Source of the DNA: Eledone cirrhosa
Taxonomy: Eukaryota
Assembly: GCA_964016885.1 (NCBI GenBank)
Contig: CAXHJY010000102.1
Location: forward strand, 19,182 to 83,181
Direction of reading: 5' to 3'
Length of the DNA stretch: 64,000 nucleotides
Positions 1-12,880 of this stretch are shown here, piece after piece; positions within the stretch are counted from its first letter, which is position 1; each line of letters opens with the position of its first letter. Below the pieces are notes generated by a model that worked only from the letters and a program-made list of their open reading frames with translations, was not told where the DNA came from and did no database searches. The translations under genes and the position numbers were made by a program.

Positions 1-54
1 TTCAAAAATTGTAAACAGTAGGGGACCAGATGAAAGTTATATCTGCCTCTTCAT

Positions 55-240
55 CTTCACCCACGTATTCCTGAGAGGGTTGTGGGAGCAGAGTCCTCAA
101 ACGGATCCTGTCAGAAGCAACTGTCTCCAAATGATCCCCAAGCAAGACCAGCCAAGCTCATGGATGTTATCTTGCTCAGAGTCGACATCTGGGTCTTCCA
201 CCGGTTGGTTTTGCCCATAAAATCTGTCCAGCGATTCTCC
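55..240 (-). mobile_element. Degenerate 3' end of an RTE/Rex3-like LINE
   Basis: Frame-shifted remnants QILWAKPTGGRPR..., DNIHELGWSCLGI, VASDRIRLRTLLPQP resemble the C-terminus of RTE-clade ORFs. Confidence 0.5.
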
Positions 241-1689
241 CCCCCCCCCCCCCCCGAGACATTCTAACCACATGCCCGTAGTATCGGAGCTGTAATCTCT
301 CAATTCGGAGAAATTATATAATTACAAAATATGTATCATTGGAGTAGCAATGGCATAGGTTACTGATATCTAATGACATAACACACACACACACACATAT
401 ACACATATTTTATACCTAAATGCTAACCAGGGTACTACTAGTCAGAGAAAAGAGGCAAGTGCTAATTACCAATTTTACATCCTGGTTATGCTATCTGAAA
501 GTATTGGATTTTTTTTATTTTTTTTTTATTATTTCCTTTTTTCTCAGTAACACTACCCCATTGTTTAGATTTCTCTTTGGAAGTGGTTACCACATTTATT
601 CTTGAGTCCTTTGTAGTTAGAAATTTAAAATTTAAATCCATGGAGATGCTGTCAATTTCAAGGTACACTGAAGTGTATGTAGGGCTTCAGGTCCTAATTG
701 CAAACTAATATTGGTATGTATTTTTTTGTTTTTGTTCTTGTTCTTATTGGACCTCTGCCGTTTCTGGCAAGTGTTCATACCATACAACAGAACAGCTTGC
801 TTATAAAATTAACATGCAAATGGGTGAGCATCCCACAGACACATATATCCTTAACTAGACCTGTCAACTCTCTCCATCTGACAGGGAGATCTCCCACCCA
901 CTTTGGGGTGGATGAGAGGTGTCTTCTCTTGTGAAAATGGGGAGATTTTACATAATGTAAACTATAACCATTTTGCCTCATTTCTCTCATTTGGGAGACA
1001 CTTTTTCATGGTATTCCCTGTTTTGGTTTTTAGAGGTTGGCAGGTCTGCCTTAACATAGTTCTCAGAAGATTAGGTGTGTGAAAAGGATAGCTCTTTGAA
1101 TTACAGGCACAACTAATGTTTTTGTCAGCTGAAAAAAAAATCTAAATATCTGTATAGAGAATCCAAAGATGACAATTTTAGTTGCTATAAGTAGACAGGA
1201 GAAATGCGTTTCATATGCTGAAGCACTTGAACAGTTAAGTAATGTTGAGTGGAAATGAAAATAAGGTAGGAACAGGAAATAGAGGAGGAGGTAATATCAG
1301 TGAATGAAAAATGAAGGGTTGAGGTGAGTGAGGTCTCGCCAAGCAGTCAGTGTAGCAGAAAGCTAAAGAGAGCAGAGTTAATTAATGAGAGATGTGGTTA
1401 GTACAAAGAATGGTGGGAGGAGAGCCAAAAGATGGGAGAGGGGTCAATAGTGTAGTGTGAATTAACCAGTGTCAGGCACACAAGAAATACAGCTACAAAG
1501 AAACAGAACAGATAAGTGCACAAAGTAGAGATAAGGATGCAGAGTTGACAAGTAGAGTGTCAGAATTAGAGGAATTGTAGTGAATATTCATTCATACGAC
1601 TAAGAACCAAAGTATCTAGTAGAAAAATTTAATGCTTCATTTCTTAAGCCATAACAGCCACCATCAAATCCAGTGCATCCATCCTAGTA

Positions 1690-2100
1690 CTGTCCAACTT
1701 GGTCACCTGGCAATATAAGGTCTATTTCATCAGTAACTGAGGTAGTCTGTAAAAGTTCCCCATAAAACCTGCCCTATTGTTCTTTACTGTGGAGCATAGG
1801 TGGATGTAATTGTCACCATTCTATTTCCTACAGCTATTCTAAGCTTGAAGATTCTGCCTTTTACTCTAACTATCTCTATCACTTTATCTTTCCATTTCTC
1901 ACCTAGTAGGATGACTACACCACCTACTCCATCATTTCCTACCTAAAAAAGTTTGTATCTATGTTTTTGTGTGAGTAGTCTCACTGAGAATCCCTTCATC
2001 TCACTTCTTGAACACAGTATCCATCCATTCCTCTCCTCTCTAGCAGCTCTATAATTTCACCTGATTTACCTTTCAGGATGCCAACATTGAGGGAAATACA
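1690..2100 (-). mobile_element. Degenerate RTE LINE, AP-endonuclease fragment
   Basis: SLNVGILKGKSGEIIELLERRGMDGYCVQEVR matches APE motifs I/II (TLNV...QExR). Confidence 0.75.
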
Positions 2101-2754
2101 GCTTTGTATCATAGAACAAGGGGTGGTTTGATCTCGGAGTTTCTGCCACAGAGACAATGGTGATGAGGGACTGAGAGAAAGGGAAGACAGATTTTGCATG
2201 GGATGGGAGAAAGAAAGATGAAGGTGAGCTGGTTGGTTTGTAAAATACAGAGGTGGAAAAAAAGTGAATACTGATGGAAAGATTACTGAGAAGTTGACAG
2301 AATCGTTTGAGTTATTGGAAGTGAATATCAGAGTGGCATGGAAATCGTTCACAAAGGAGTGTAGTGGCATCATTAAGACCATCAACAGAGTAAGGCTATA
2401 TAGTAGCGGCAGGTCAGGGCCAGTGTATTTGGGCTTCAAGGTTACTAACAAGCAGGTTGACATAATCGAGGCCCAAGTTTTTGTCATTAAGATTATGATT
2501 CATTGTTGTATATATTCATATTCTATACTGCTTTTTAAAAATTTTATTTCTTTATTTATCGTTTGCATTACATTTTATTAGAAATTTTATGTTGCATATA
2601 AAAATTATTTTCCAGCATCTTAAACAGCATTTATTCTGTATTTATTGAAAAGTTCATAGAAATTAAGGAAACAATTTGAAGCATAGAAAATTATTTATTC
2701 AAATGGAACACAAGGGAAAATAAGTCAAAGTTTGAAATAGTTGTCCCCATTGCT

Positions 2755-3326
2755 TTAACCCCTTTGATACTAAAACTCCTGAAACTGCAATGGATTTATG
2801 ATTTTTTTAAATGCTCATTTTAAAAAGTTTATCCTTATATTAAAACCTATCATTTTATTTCAGAAGCTTTTGCTAAGTAATGTTCGAAATATCAAGTGCG
2901 AAGGCGCATGATGTAGTGGTTAGGATGCTAGAGTAACAATTGTAAGGTTGTGAATTCGATTTCCAGACTGGGCAGTACATTGAATCCTTGAGCAAGACAC
3001 TTTAATGTTGCTTTGGTCCATTCAGCTGACAAAAATGAGTTGTACCTGTAATTCAAGGGGCCAACCTTGTTAAACTAAATCTCCAAGAACTTTGTTAAGA
3101 ATGCATGTGTTCATGGAATGTTCACTTACATATTAATTTCATAAGGAAGTCGACTGAATCAATTTAAGCACTCATCATTGGAATTGACGCAGGTTCAACA
3201 ACAAAAATCAAATTACTAATGGAGAGGTTATTTTATTAAATTCCTCCAAATTTATGGTTATTTACAATATTAATTGAAGCACTTAAGCAGTGTATTGCAT
3301 TAGAAATATAGTAATGAAAGGGTTAA
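2755..3326. mobile_element. TTAA-flanked piggyBac-type MITE (family B) with an inserted tRNA/CORE SINE at ~2900-3200
   Basis: TTAA|CCCCTTTGATAC...GTAATGAAAGGG|TTAA. Related pieces at ~4150, 6270-6443, 13338-13530, 48120-48545, 48694-48935 and 52900-53272. Confidence 0.7.
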
Positions 3327-4270
3327 AAAAAAAAATTTAGGAGTGTCTCTAGTTCAGTGTGAAAGGATGGTAACAAAGACATTCCTTGTTTCAGAAACTG
3401 AAAGCTGCTGGATATTCTTTTTTACTTTTTCCAAGTTTCAATGAATGCGTGAGAAGTTAGACTCTTGTATCATCATCATCATTGCTTAGCCTCTGTTTTC
3501 TCCACTAGCACATATTGTCACAGACCCATCAGTATTAAAGCAGAACCACTGACCTCCAGTTGGGCCAGGAACCTGACATATAATCCTGCACTCTACCAAG
3601 TGCATTTTATTGTGGCATCACTAAGGAAGTTGTCATATCCTTGACACAGCTGATGAGTCTTCCAAATCCTTTCTTTGACAGGTTTTCTACAGCTGCACGT
3701 CATTCCTATCAACAACTACTTTACAGACTGTACTGGATGCATTTAATGTGTAGATCACCAACAATAGAGAGCTTGTTGTACCCCCTAACACAACTAAAGA
3801 GATCTCATAATGCTTTTGGCATGGTTTCTACAGCAGGTTGCCATTCCTACTGCCAATCACTTTACAGGGTGTATTGGGTGCATTTTTGTGGTACTGGCAC
3901 TATAGAGGTTATTGGTGATTGTCTCAACTGAAAGAATGGCAGAATGCTGGGTCTTATAAAAGATTTGATGAATGAGCAAGACAGTTGATCATATCTGTTT
4001 TGCAGCCCCATTTAACAGAGAAAATATGTTTAAATGTTTGATTATGCCAATTTCATAACCAATACAATGATTCCGTTCCCTTTTTCTGAGAGAAGGTTAC
4101 TCTCAGCATACAATTAAAATTCATGTTCTGACTGTGACTTGTGTAATTAAAACCCCTTTGATACCAAACCCCTGAAACTGTACCTGTTTCAGTGATACAA
4201 AGCTATTTTAAAGTATTTATTTTTATATTTTTATATTAAAACCATCTATCATAAATTTATGTAAGAATCT

Positions 4271-4440
4271 TTATTAAATAATTGTTTCTACTTTAGGCAC
4301 AAGGCCAGCAATTACCCAGTACATTTTATTAAATAATTGTTTCTACTTTAGGCACAAGGCCAGCAATTACCCAGTGCATTACTGGTACTTTATTTTATCG
4401 ACCCCGTAAGGATGAAAGGCAAAGTCAACCTCGGCGGGAT
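4271..4440 (-). mobile_element. Deu/Nin-domain SINE fragment with a 55-bp tandem duplication of its 3' end
   Basis: Reverse complement of gcctttcatccttacggggtcgataaaataaagtaccag; 4271-4325 is repeated at 4326-4380. Confidence 0.75.
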
Positions 4441-5071
4441 TAATGATGATGCGTAGCAATGGCATTTATTGCCCAGATATGAGAACAATACTCTAATGAT
4501 GAAAAATTATATAACCCAAAAGAGGATGAAGAGTCTAGGCTTCAAAGTAAAATTGTACATCCTGCAGGCAATGTGACATCCACTTTACTCTTACGACATG
4601 ATCACTCTGTGATCATATAATCTATTACTAAAACATTCCTTCTATGATTTGAATAGTAAGTATTGTTCTGAGAGTAAAAGTATATTACATTTAAAATAAG
4701 ACTGTAATTTAGTTAATTCAATACTAATGAGAGCATACCCTGAGGAATTTCCCTGGCATTGCTGGGATACAAAACTTCAGTCACTGAACTAGACAATGCT
4801 GATGACTTTTTGGTAACTGGCAATAACTATGCTGATGCTCAATCAGCAATTAAACACCTCAGTGTGTAACATCTGCCCATGTCGCATTCTCTGAAAGGGT
4901 ACCAATCATACTCAATGGTTAAATTTTGGAAGAGGTCAATCAATTCAAGTATCTAGGCATTACTAATCACTGTCATAAGCCAAGGTAAAGATGAGATAGA
5001 TGTCTGCTGTCTAGGTTGGAGATCAATCTAGCCACAAAAATTTGCATCTACCAAATGCTCAATCACCCCAT

Positions 5072-5235
5072 GATAGGAGGAGAGAGACAGAAAGGGAGTG
5101 ATGGGAGGAGAGAGACAGAAAGGGAGTGATGGGAGGAGAGAGAGAGCAAGGGAGTGATGGGAGGAGAGAGAGAGCAAGGGAGTGATGGGAGGAGAGAGAG
5201 AGCAAGGGAGTGATGGGAGGAGAGAGACAGCAAGG
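5072..5235 (+). repeat. 28-bp purine-rich minisatellite, about 6 copies
   Basis: Unit gatgggaggagagaga(c/g)ag(a/c)aagggagt. Confidence 0.9.
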
Positions 5236-7388
5236 TAGTTAGTTGAAAGGTAGTTAGTTGATAAGTTTGATTAGGATTTTGAAGGTGAAACTTATCAGTT
5301 TAGTCAATAAGATTCTAAATTTTAATCTTAGAATCTTATTAATGAAACTGAAAAGTTGTTGGCCAGAACAAGAAGCAGCACTTATCCTTCAACAACTGGC
5401 AGAAAAAAAAGTATGACTGAAATTGTTCTGACATCCATCAACTTGAAACATTGTGACACCATTATAGACACACAGAGTGCTCTAAAGGCAGCCATTGCTC
5501 CAGCTTATCAAAAACCTTTCAACTTCATAGAAAGAACAACACAATGACTGGTTTCAAGAAAATACAGAATATAGCAGTTGTTCAATAGAAAGAGCATTTT
5601 TTCATGTCTACCAAAATGACAAGAATAATGAGCACAAAAGGAAAGCAAACTTGTCAGCAAGCTAAAGCTGCAATCTAGAAAGAAACACATGCAATGAAGA
5701 ACAATTGTTGGCAGATCAAAGCATATGAAATTTAGAAACTGCCCAACATGTGTAATATAAGAGATTCCTTCTGTGCAACTAAAACAATGGATCTAACACA
5801 ACAGGTTTAACATCACTCAGATCTAAAGACAGTAAAAAAAATTTAGATAGAAACAAGGAGCTGCCAATAAGTGGTGGAAAGAATATTTCAAAGACTTACA
5901 GCAACAAATATCTGGACAACATTGCACAAAGGTCAACAATCAACAATTTAGCTGCACCATAACAGTGAATATATGTCAACAATGAACAATTTGGCTGCAC
6001 CACAACAACATAGCACAACCCCCAAAAAGATAATATAACGTAACTCTCTCTCACTGTAAAGATTAGGCAGAATGGGGTGTCTCTAAATAAGTAAGTTTCT
6101 TATATGACAATGAAATGAAGACAATCAGAAAATATTTGCAGTAGCAGAAGAATAAATGAATGTTAATTTACAAGAAAGACTGAATTTAATAAAGTTACCT
6201 TTTTTTTACCATATTGATAATAAAAAGACACTGCATATGATTTTTCAAATAATTAAGACTTTAGAAAAATTTAGTAACATAAATAACTTTCACATTTTCA
6301 ATCTGGTGTTTGAAACTTAACAAGGTTCTTTCATACAATTATGCTTGGAAGGTTTTCAGACAAATATAAACATTTTAAAACAAATAACTTTGTGTCATAG
6401 AACCAGGAATAGTTTCAGATACTTTGGTATCAAAAAAAGTTAAAGTAATCTAGGAATTAAACAAACATTGGCTGATATCTGAATGGATTGGTATGGATAT
6501 TTAAGGAGTAGCAGATACATCTTGAGTGTAAATATGCTATATATCCATCTCATAAATCATGAAGAGTTTTTAAAGACAGTCTCTTTGGCTTATAATCAAT
6601 AAATTTCCTACTAATGCTACTCTATCTCAGGTAATATACCCAGATCATCTGGCCTATATTCCCAACAATTAAATGAACTGAGACACATAGAATAAATGTT
6701 TTACTCAACACTGAAATTCAAATTAGATCTATGAGCTGCTAAAGAAATACTATAGCCACTCAGTGTTATGGATTATATTTGGAGAAAGATCGTAGAGGAA
6801 ATAAACCAAAGAAAAATTGAAAGTACCAATATCTACAAAATCAAATGAAAATATGAAACGATTATCTTCGCAAATGTGAAGAAATAAGCCCAGTTATTCT
6901 CCCTTATAGTAAACATGTTTCAATGTATAATTTATAACATCAACAACAAACAGAATTATAAAAACAATTAACAATATAGAAAGTATTACATATACAATTT
7001 ATAAACACAAAACGGTACAGGAATTTCTATATTAAAATAGATCAAACTAATTCTTTGCTTCAAATCAATACATCAAAATATAATTTAAATTATTTTTTTT
7101 TTAATGTTTGTACTAATGAATACTGATGGACATTTTAAGAAAAATACATGACTATTATGCATGCTAGCGAAATAGGAAGCTGGCTTCCCTTATCATATAC
7201 AATATAACAAAATTAATGTTACTTTCTTAGGATAATACAGCAGCAAGGTTTTAACCAATTTCCAATGCTGAATAATCCAATATCTCTTAAACTCTTTTCT
7301 GTTGCATCATCATTTATACAGAAGATATCAAAATTGGAAAAACTAAACAGAAAGTAAGTAAAACCATCAATAAAAACAATGTATATAC

Positions 7389-9740
7389 CTTTATCACATC
7401 ACTTTTAGGAGAAGTTACTTGCTCGTTTGTCAAATTACTGTTGATATTAAATGTCCAAGTTCGAGTAACTGGAATCCTCCTCTTTTGATCAGTTTTAACA
7501 TCCTGATTGATATCCTCGTTGTTGTGAGTATTTTGTGAGCTTTTATTATTAACAGTGAAACCCTTAAATTCTGGATCAACATAGCCGTCCTTTCGAGCTG
7601 CAATTCGCCTTTCAGCTTCTAGTTGCCATTCTGTCTTAACTTCTTTAGCTTTATGTTCAAAATTAGTCCGATTTCTTTCATGTGCACCTGTACTAGGTTT
7701 AAGTTCAGATGGATTTTCTTTAATCTCTTTCACTGTCTCAATTTTCGGACATATTTTCTCCCGACGAGGCTTTGGTATGGGATTGATTCTGTTGTCATTA
7801 TATGGTATATTTGTAGAAACATTAGAACTGCCTTTATAACTACAAGAAATATGCCCAGGGTGCAATTTAGTCAAAACAATACCTGAAACTGGGGTGCTTA
7901 TATCCTTGTTTCCTAAGTGTTTGCCTTCAGTTTTTTTAGAGGATTTTTCTTGAGAATGAGATGACGACTCATCTACTGGAGATTTTGACAATACATGAGG
8001 TTTCACAAATTTGCTATTATCAGATTTATCCTTATCGGTGACAGTAGTAACACTTACAGAAGGTACATTCACAATTGCCTGAGACTGTTTCAAATTTTGC
8101 TTATTTTTCATTATTGTACTTAAAGGAAAAGATTCGTTTGGGGATGGAGCTAATGGTTCTTTTGGGGATGGAGCTAATTGTACTTTTGGGGATGGAGCTA
8201 ATGGTTCTTTTGGCGATGGAGCTAACGGTTCTTTTGGCGATGGAGCTAACGGTTCTTTTGGCGATGGAGCTAACGGTTCTTTTGGCGATGGAGCTAATGG
8301 TTTTTTTGGGGATGGAGCTAATGGTTTTTTTGGCGATGGAGCTAATGGTTTTTTTGGGGATGGAGCTAATGGTTTTTTTGGAGACGGAGCTAATGGTTCT
8401 TTTGGGGATGGAGCTAATTGTACTTTTGGGGACGGAGCTAATGGTTCTTTTGGGGATGGAGCTAATGGTTCTTTTGTATTTGATTTTATGTTGTAAGTTT
8501 CATTCTTGGTATTTGTTGATTGTTCAGCAGGCTGTATTTCTACACCTGGGGCAACTTTAGAATATTGTTCAATTCTTTCCAGAATACTTGGAAGTTGTAC
8601 TTTACCAGCTGACCCTGTATTCTTTTTAGGGACTGAAGAACTTGATGAATTTGAGATTGTTGACATTAAGTTGGAACTTTTTGGTTCTGACTTTGATGTA
8701 GAATTGAAGATAGAATGATGTTTATTTTGATCATCTGTTTTAGCAGTAACCATGGCAGATTCTTTTTCAGTTGATTGGGCTAAAGACATCTTATTTTTAT
8801 CAAAAGTGAAATGAGGATTCTTGAAGCTCTGTTGATTGTCTCCTCCCGACAAAGATTTGTTAGTTGAAGTTAGGTTTTGCGGCAACTTAGTATTAGACAC
8901 AGTTGAGTTTGTTGGCAATGGTGAAGGACACTCATCGTTACTAGATGTACTACTGGCACTGTGTTTATGTCGAACACCAGCCAAGCTTTTCAGCAATCCA
9001 GAGACTACTTGTTGCTTATCATTATCAGCTTTTAAATTTGTAACGGGTTTATTATACATTGTTGCTTGCATTTTTTTATCAGCCATTGTCTGACTAGTTA
9101 CCACTTTCATGAACTTTGGAGCATCTGATGAAGAATCTGATTCCGATTCTTTATCAGATTTTGCAGGTGTATGAGAGAGAGTTAAGTCATTTACCTCTTT
9201 GATTTTACTGTTAGATCCCTTGTAGGCTGGGTTCTGAAAGGGTTTTTCAGAATTATGTGATTCAAATTTAGCAACAGAATTTATTGGCAAATTTTTAGAT
9301 TCAATTTCCTTTAAATGTGCTTTTAATGCCGAGGTGGTACCTTTTCTTCTGTTCTCAAACGTTTGTTCTGTTTCCATTTCTTTTGAGTGCTGTTTTTCTA
9401 ATCTTAGCTTTTCTTCTGCTTTTTGAATTTGATCTTTCTTTTTATCAAAGAGTTTGCCTTTCAGTCTTGATGTAGTTACAGATGAGTCGTCTTTACTTGA
9501 ATCCAGATTTTTTGAAGCAGTTTTATTAATCGAGTTTATAGTAATGGCTGACGGTGCTATTTCTTTTGGAGTAGAATGGTTAGTTAAGATTTTACTTGTT
9601 GGTGACATATAACTTTTTCTAAAGCAGGATCTATGGTAAAGGTTTCCATCTTCAATATGTTTTTCGATCAGATACACTTTATCCTTGCACAATACACAAT
9701 AATCACCACTTGCAGTGTTTTTCGTTGGAGTAGTAATGAT
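7389..9740 (-). CDS. MICALL: MICAL-like protein, coding exon 5 (2352 bp; LIM zinc finger 1 plus long low-complexity S/K/P-rich region)
   Basis: Acceptor tttcttattcag|ATC, in frame with ORF 7314..9692. CVLCKDKVYLIEKHIEDGNLYHRSCFR is C-x2-C-x17-H-x2-C. Donor AAG|GTATAT at 7388. Downstream exons (expected bMERB coiled-coil) were not identified. Confidence 0.88.
8139..8474 (-). repeat. Coding minisatellite, 14 x 24 bp (K-E/K/V-P/Q-LAPSP)
   Basis: 14 LAPSP units counted in the exon 5 translation; nucleotide unit approx. tggggatggagctaatggttcttt on + strand. Confidence 0.95.
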
Positions 9741-11134
9741 CTGAATAAGAAATAAAAATTAAAATTTTAATACAGACGACAAAAAACAATATACAAATGA
9801 AAAATACATAATTCTACATAAGCTTATCCTGTCTATGTTTTGTGACAAAGGGAATGAAATTACATGAAAACTGTCCTTTACTAAGTTTTAAATGGAAGAT
9901 AAAATGAAAGATATGAACAATAAATAAATTGTTACAAAGATAAGCAATATCTCAAGAGTAAATAATAAAACAAATTTAAAAAATAAAACAAAATAAAACT
10001 AAAAAAAAGCCATTAAATGTTTCTTCTGTTGTACTGGTCTGCTAGTTACTACATGGAATGCTCTTTAATCATATTTATCTAAAGACTTTTCTTCACCTAA
10101 GTGCATACTATAATCTCAAAAATCTCTTCCATTTAGCATCTTTAAAAAAATGAACATCTAAATAGATTTTATATAGTAATAGTCACAGGGATCATTTAAA
10201 TGACAGTGACCATTTAAAACACACAAATTCCCTAGTGTTGCTGATCTATATGATAAATAATCACCTAGTACACTCTGTAATCTGGTTGGTAATAGGAAGA
10301 AAATAGATAGTAAAAGGTGATGATGATGAACATAACATTCTATCATTAAAAAATAAAACAATGAAAATAAATATAATGGAATATTTGTTTAAAAAGCTTC
10401 TCTGGTTATCTTGAGACATCTTGTTTTAGTTCCAACACAATCTCAGATAGGATTACTTGCCAAACAAGTGCAATTAAGAAACAAACAAGTTTTCACAGCC
10501 CACTAAGAAGGTCCCTTACATATCTAATGTCAATATTTCATACATGACATTTATTTCTTGTAACAAACAAAGGAAATCACTGTATGCCATGTAAACATTC
10601 CATGGTCCCGGCAGGCAAAAATGACAAATGTATTACCATAAAGGATAGTGAAGGAGATGCACTGCGAGAACCAGTCTTCCTTGGGGGTCCATTCTTGCAA
10701 CTGGTCTTCTCTTTTAAGACTGAACTGAATAAAGAAATGGTTCAGGGGCTCAAATGCCATATCTAACTAGTGCTTATTAATATTAATTTCATAATCTGAC
10801 AACACCACACATTCCAGTGGGGTTTGAATAATGCAGCAAGTACATGCTGTAAAATGGTTGGTGATAGGAAGGACATCCAATCATAGTCAGCTTGCCAAAC
10901 AAAGGCTTGAAAGGACTCCTCAGTTGTGTCAAAATCATAACAGCCTCCCTATTGCTGGTGTCACAATACAATGCACTTGGTAGAGCACAGGATCATATGT
11001 AAGCAAGATGCAAGCTCCCAGCCCATCTGAGGGATAAGTATCCTTCTTGAATATTGATTTTGTCTGAAGACCCATCCAAATTTTGCTAGCAAGAAAACGA
11101 ACATCAAACGATGATGATGATGATGATTCTGTAC

Positions 11135-11265
11135 CTTTTTTCTTTCCTCTGCTTTATTTGGTGCCACACGCTTAGGTTCAAACTTTTCATAGATTTCACT
11201 ACTTGGCTGTCGCTTCATTCCAACTGTGATGTGAGATTTACACTTTTGTATATCTGGGCCACCCA
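11135..11265 (-). CDS. MICALL: MICAL-like protein, coding exon 4 (CH-LIM linker)
   Basis: Acceptor ttttattttactag|, donor AAG|GTACAG. 131 bp, phase 1 in and 0 out. Encodes (M)GGPDIQKCKSHITVGMKRQPSSEIYEKFEPKRVAPNKAEERKK. Confidence 0.8.
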
Positions 11266-11586
11266 CTAGTAAAATAAAATAAGGGTTTATTTATAAACAG
11301 TACACAAAAATATAAATATATAAATCAAATGAAGAATCAAAGATCATAGCAGAAAGAATAATGTTGATTATTCATAACATTTTATACTGTAAATGCATTT
11401 GAAATGGTCTGCAAAACTGTTTCACTTCAAATATCATTACATGCAATTATTTTCACATCCTAACTCTAAATACTTTGTTTCCATAATGTTTTGTGATCCC
11501 AAATTCATACTCCACTAGATTATTTCTCTCTTGCCTCTAAATTTTGGTCTCAACAAAACACTCAAATAAGAAACATGTAAAAATCT

Positions 11587-11825
11587 TTAACCTCTTCAGT
11601 GCCATAGATGAGATAACTCGTCCTAATAAATTTGAACTCTTTTCCAACAGTTCATAACTTCAAAAGCTAGATGGGGTTACTAGTTTATTGATGTGATGTT
11701 AGTCAATCATTCAGATATGTGTTGTTAATAAATGTTTGTTTAAAAAAATAGTCATTTTACTGAAAAAAAAAACCCGGCACAGCAACTGAAGCTGTGTAAA
11801 ATATACGCGGCAGTCAACAGGTTAA
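11587..11825. mobile_element. TTAA-flanked MITE (family C)
   Basis: TTAA|CCTCTTCAGTGCC ... GGCAGTCAACAGG|TTAA; imperfect terminal inverted repeats with TTAA duplication. Confidence 0.65.
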
Positions 11826-12204
11826 GCAAAATTGCTAGCTATTCACTCCACCCAGCCCTTATAATCTACACTAAAAAAATTTTCAGTCAGATCATTCAAT
11901 TGCAAGATATGAAAAGGTTAATAGCACTTCCCCTCTTCCTGAAACTAAATATAATTTTTAAAATGGGACACATGCAAAATAATACATGTGCATCTGATTA
12001 TTCAGTCTTAAAAATAATAGCTCATGTGACAGATTATGGGAAATTTCCAATCTGAAAAGAAATGAAAATAGAAAAATATGTAAACTTGAAAATATGCATA
12101 TTAAAGAAAGAACAATTGTGGTATGCCATCCAGGGCAACATGGCCTCAGACAGGCTCGTGTGCCAGTTCGACCAGGACCATCTCGCATGCTTTTTTTTTC
12201 GGCC

Positions 12205-12880
12205 TTGCAACCTCACAGTGATGCCTGGCTCAATACCTTACCCTCCTTTTCAACTAACACACAGCTGGTAATGATAACCTGTGAATTGGGATATTCCTGA
12301 CGCGCAGCCTCCAGATATGCGAGCCATACAAACGTCGCTGCAGTTCCACAGTAGACTCTTTCGGCATCCACCCGCTGTCCTGTTGCTACAATGCTGGCCG
12401 CCTTCCACGCCATGCTGCTATCAACGAGGTCATAAAGCATTACCTGGATGCAGCAAGCTTCCCCTCCCAGCTCGAGCCGGCAGGGCTGGACCGAGGGATG
12501 GAAAAAGGCCAGACAGCATGACTATCTTCCTGTTCTGCAATGGTAAGCCCCTCATCTGGGATGCCACATTCTCCAGCTGCAACCTGGTGCAGTCTGCAAC
12601 TAACCCAGGTTCTGCTGCACTTCGCGCTGAGGAGGGTAAATTCTCCAAATATTGGTCGCTCTCCAACAGGTTTGCAATCGAGCCCCTGGCAGTGGAGACT
12701 TTTGGTGTCCTTGGCCCTAGGGACACCTCTTTACGCACTACCATAGGCACAGAATTGGCTACCCACTGGTGTGAACCTCGCAAACTGGAATGGCTCTTCC
12801 AGCGCATCTCCCTCACCATCCTCCAGGGAAACGTCTTCTCTATTCAGTCCGCTGGGACTACGAGGCAGCCTGCGCGTGGG
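12205..12880 (+). mobile_element. CRE-clade (restriction-like endonuclease) non-LTR retrotransposon, 3' fragment, frameshifted
   Basis: GC-rich island. Motifs SDAWLNTLPS, DSFGIHPLSC (CCHC knuckle remnant), RHAAINEVI, DGKRPD...LIWDAT, KFSKY, PLAVETFGVLG, LFQRISLTILQGN are typical of the CRE RLE domain. Confidence 0.85.

Noticed and set aside
6197-6235. Possible small downstream MICAL-like exon ending at AG|GTAACT
   Set aside because: Weak acceptor and no similarity to MICAL-L C-terminal motifs; unsupported.
7314-7388. Hydrophobic C-terminal tail of the 792-aa ORF suggesting a membrane anchor
   Set aside because: Begins exactly at an AAG|GT donor; T-rich intron read-through explains it. An intron-retained isoform cannot be excluded without RNA data.
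8075-8560. 161-aa plus-strand ORF with MELMVLLG repeats
   Set aside because: Antisense shadow of the 24-bp coding repeat in MICAL-like exon 5.
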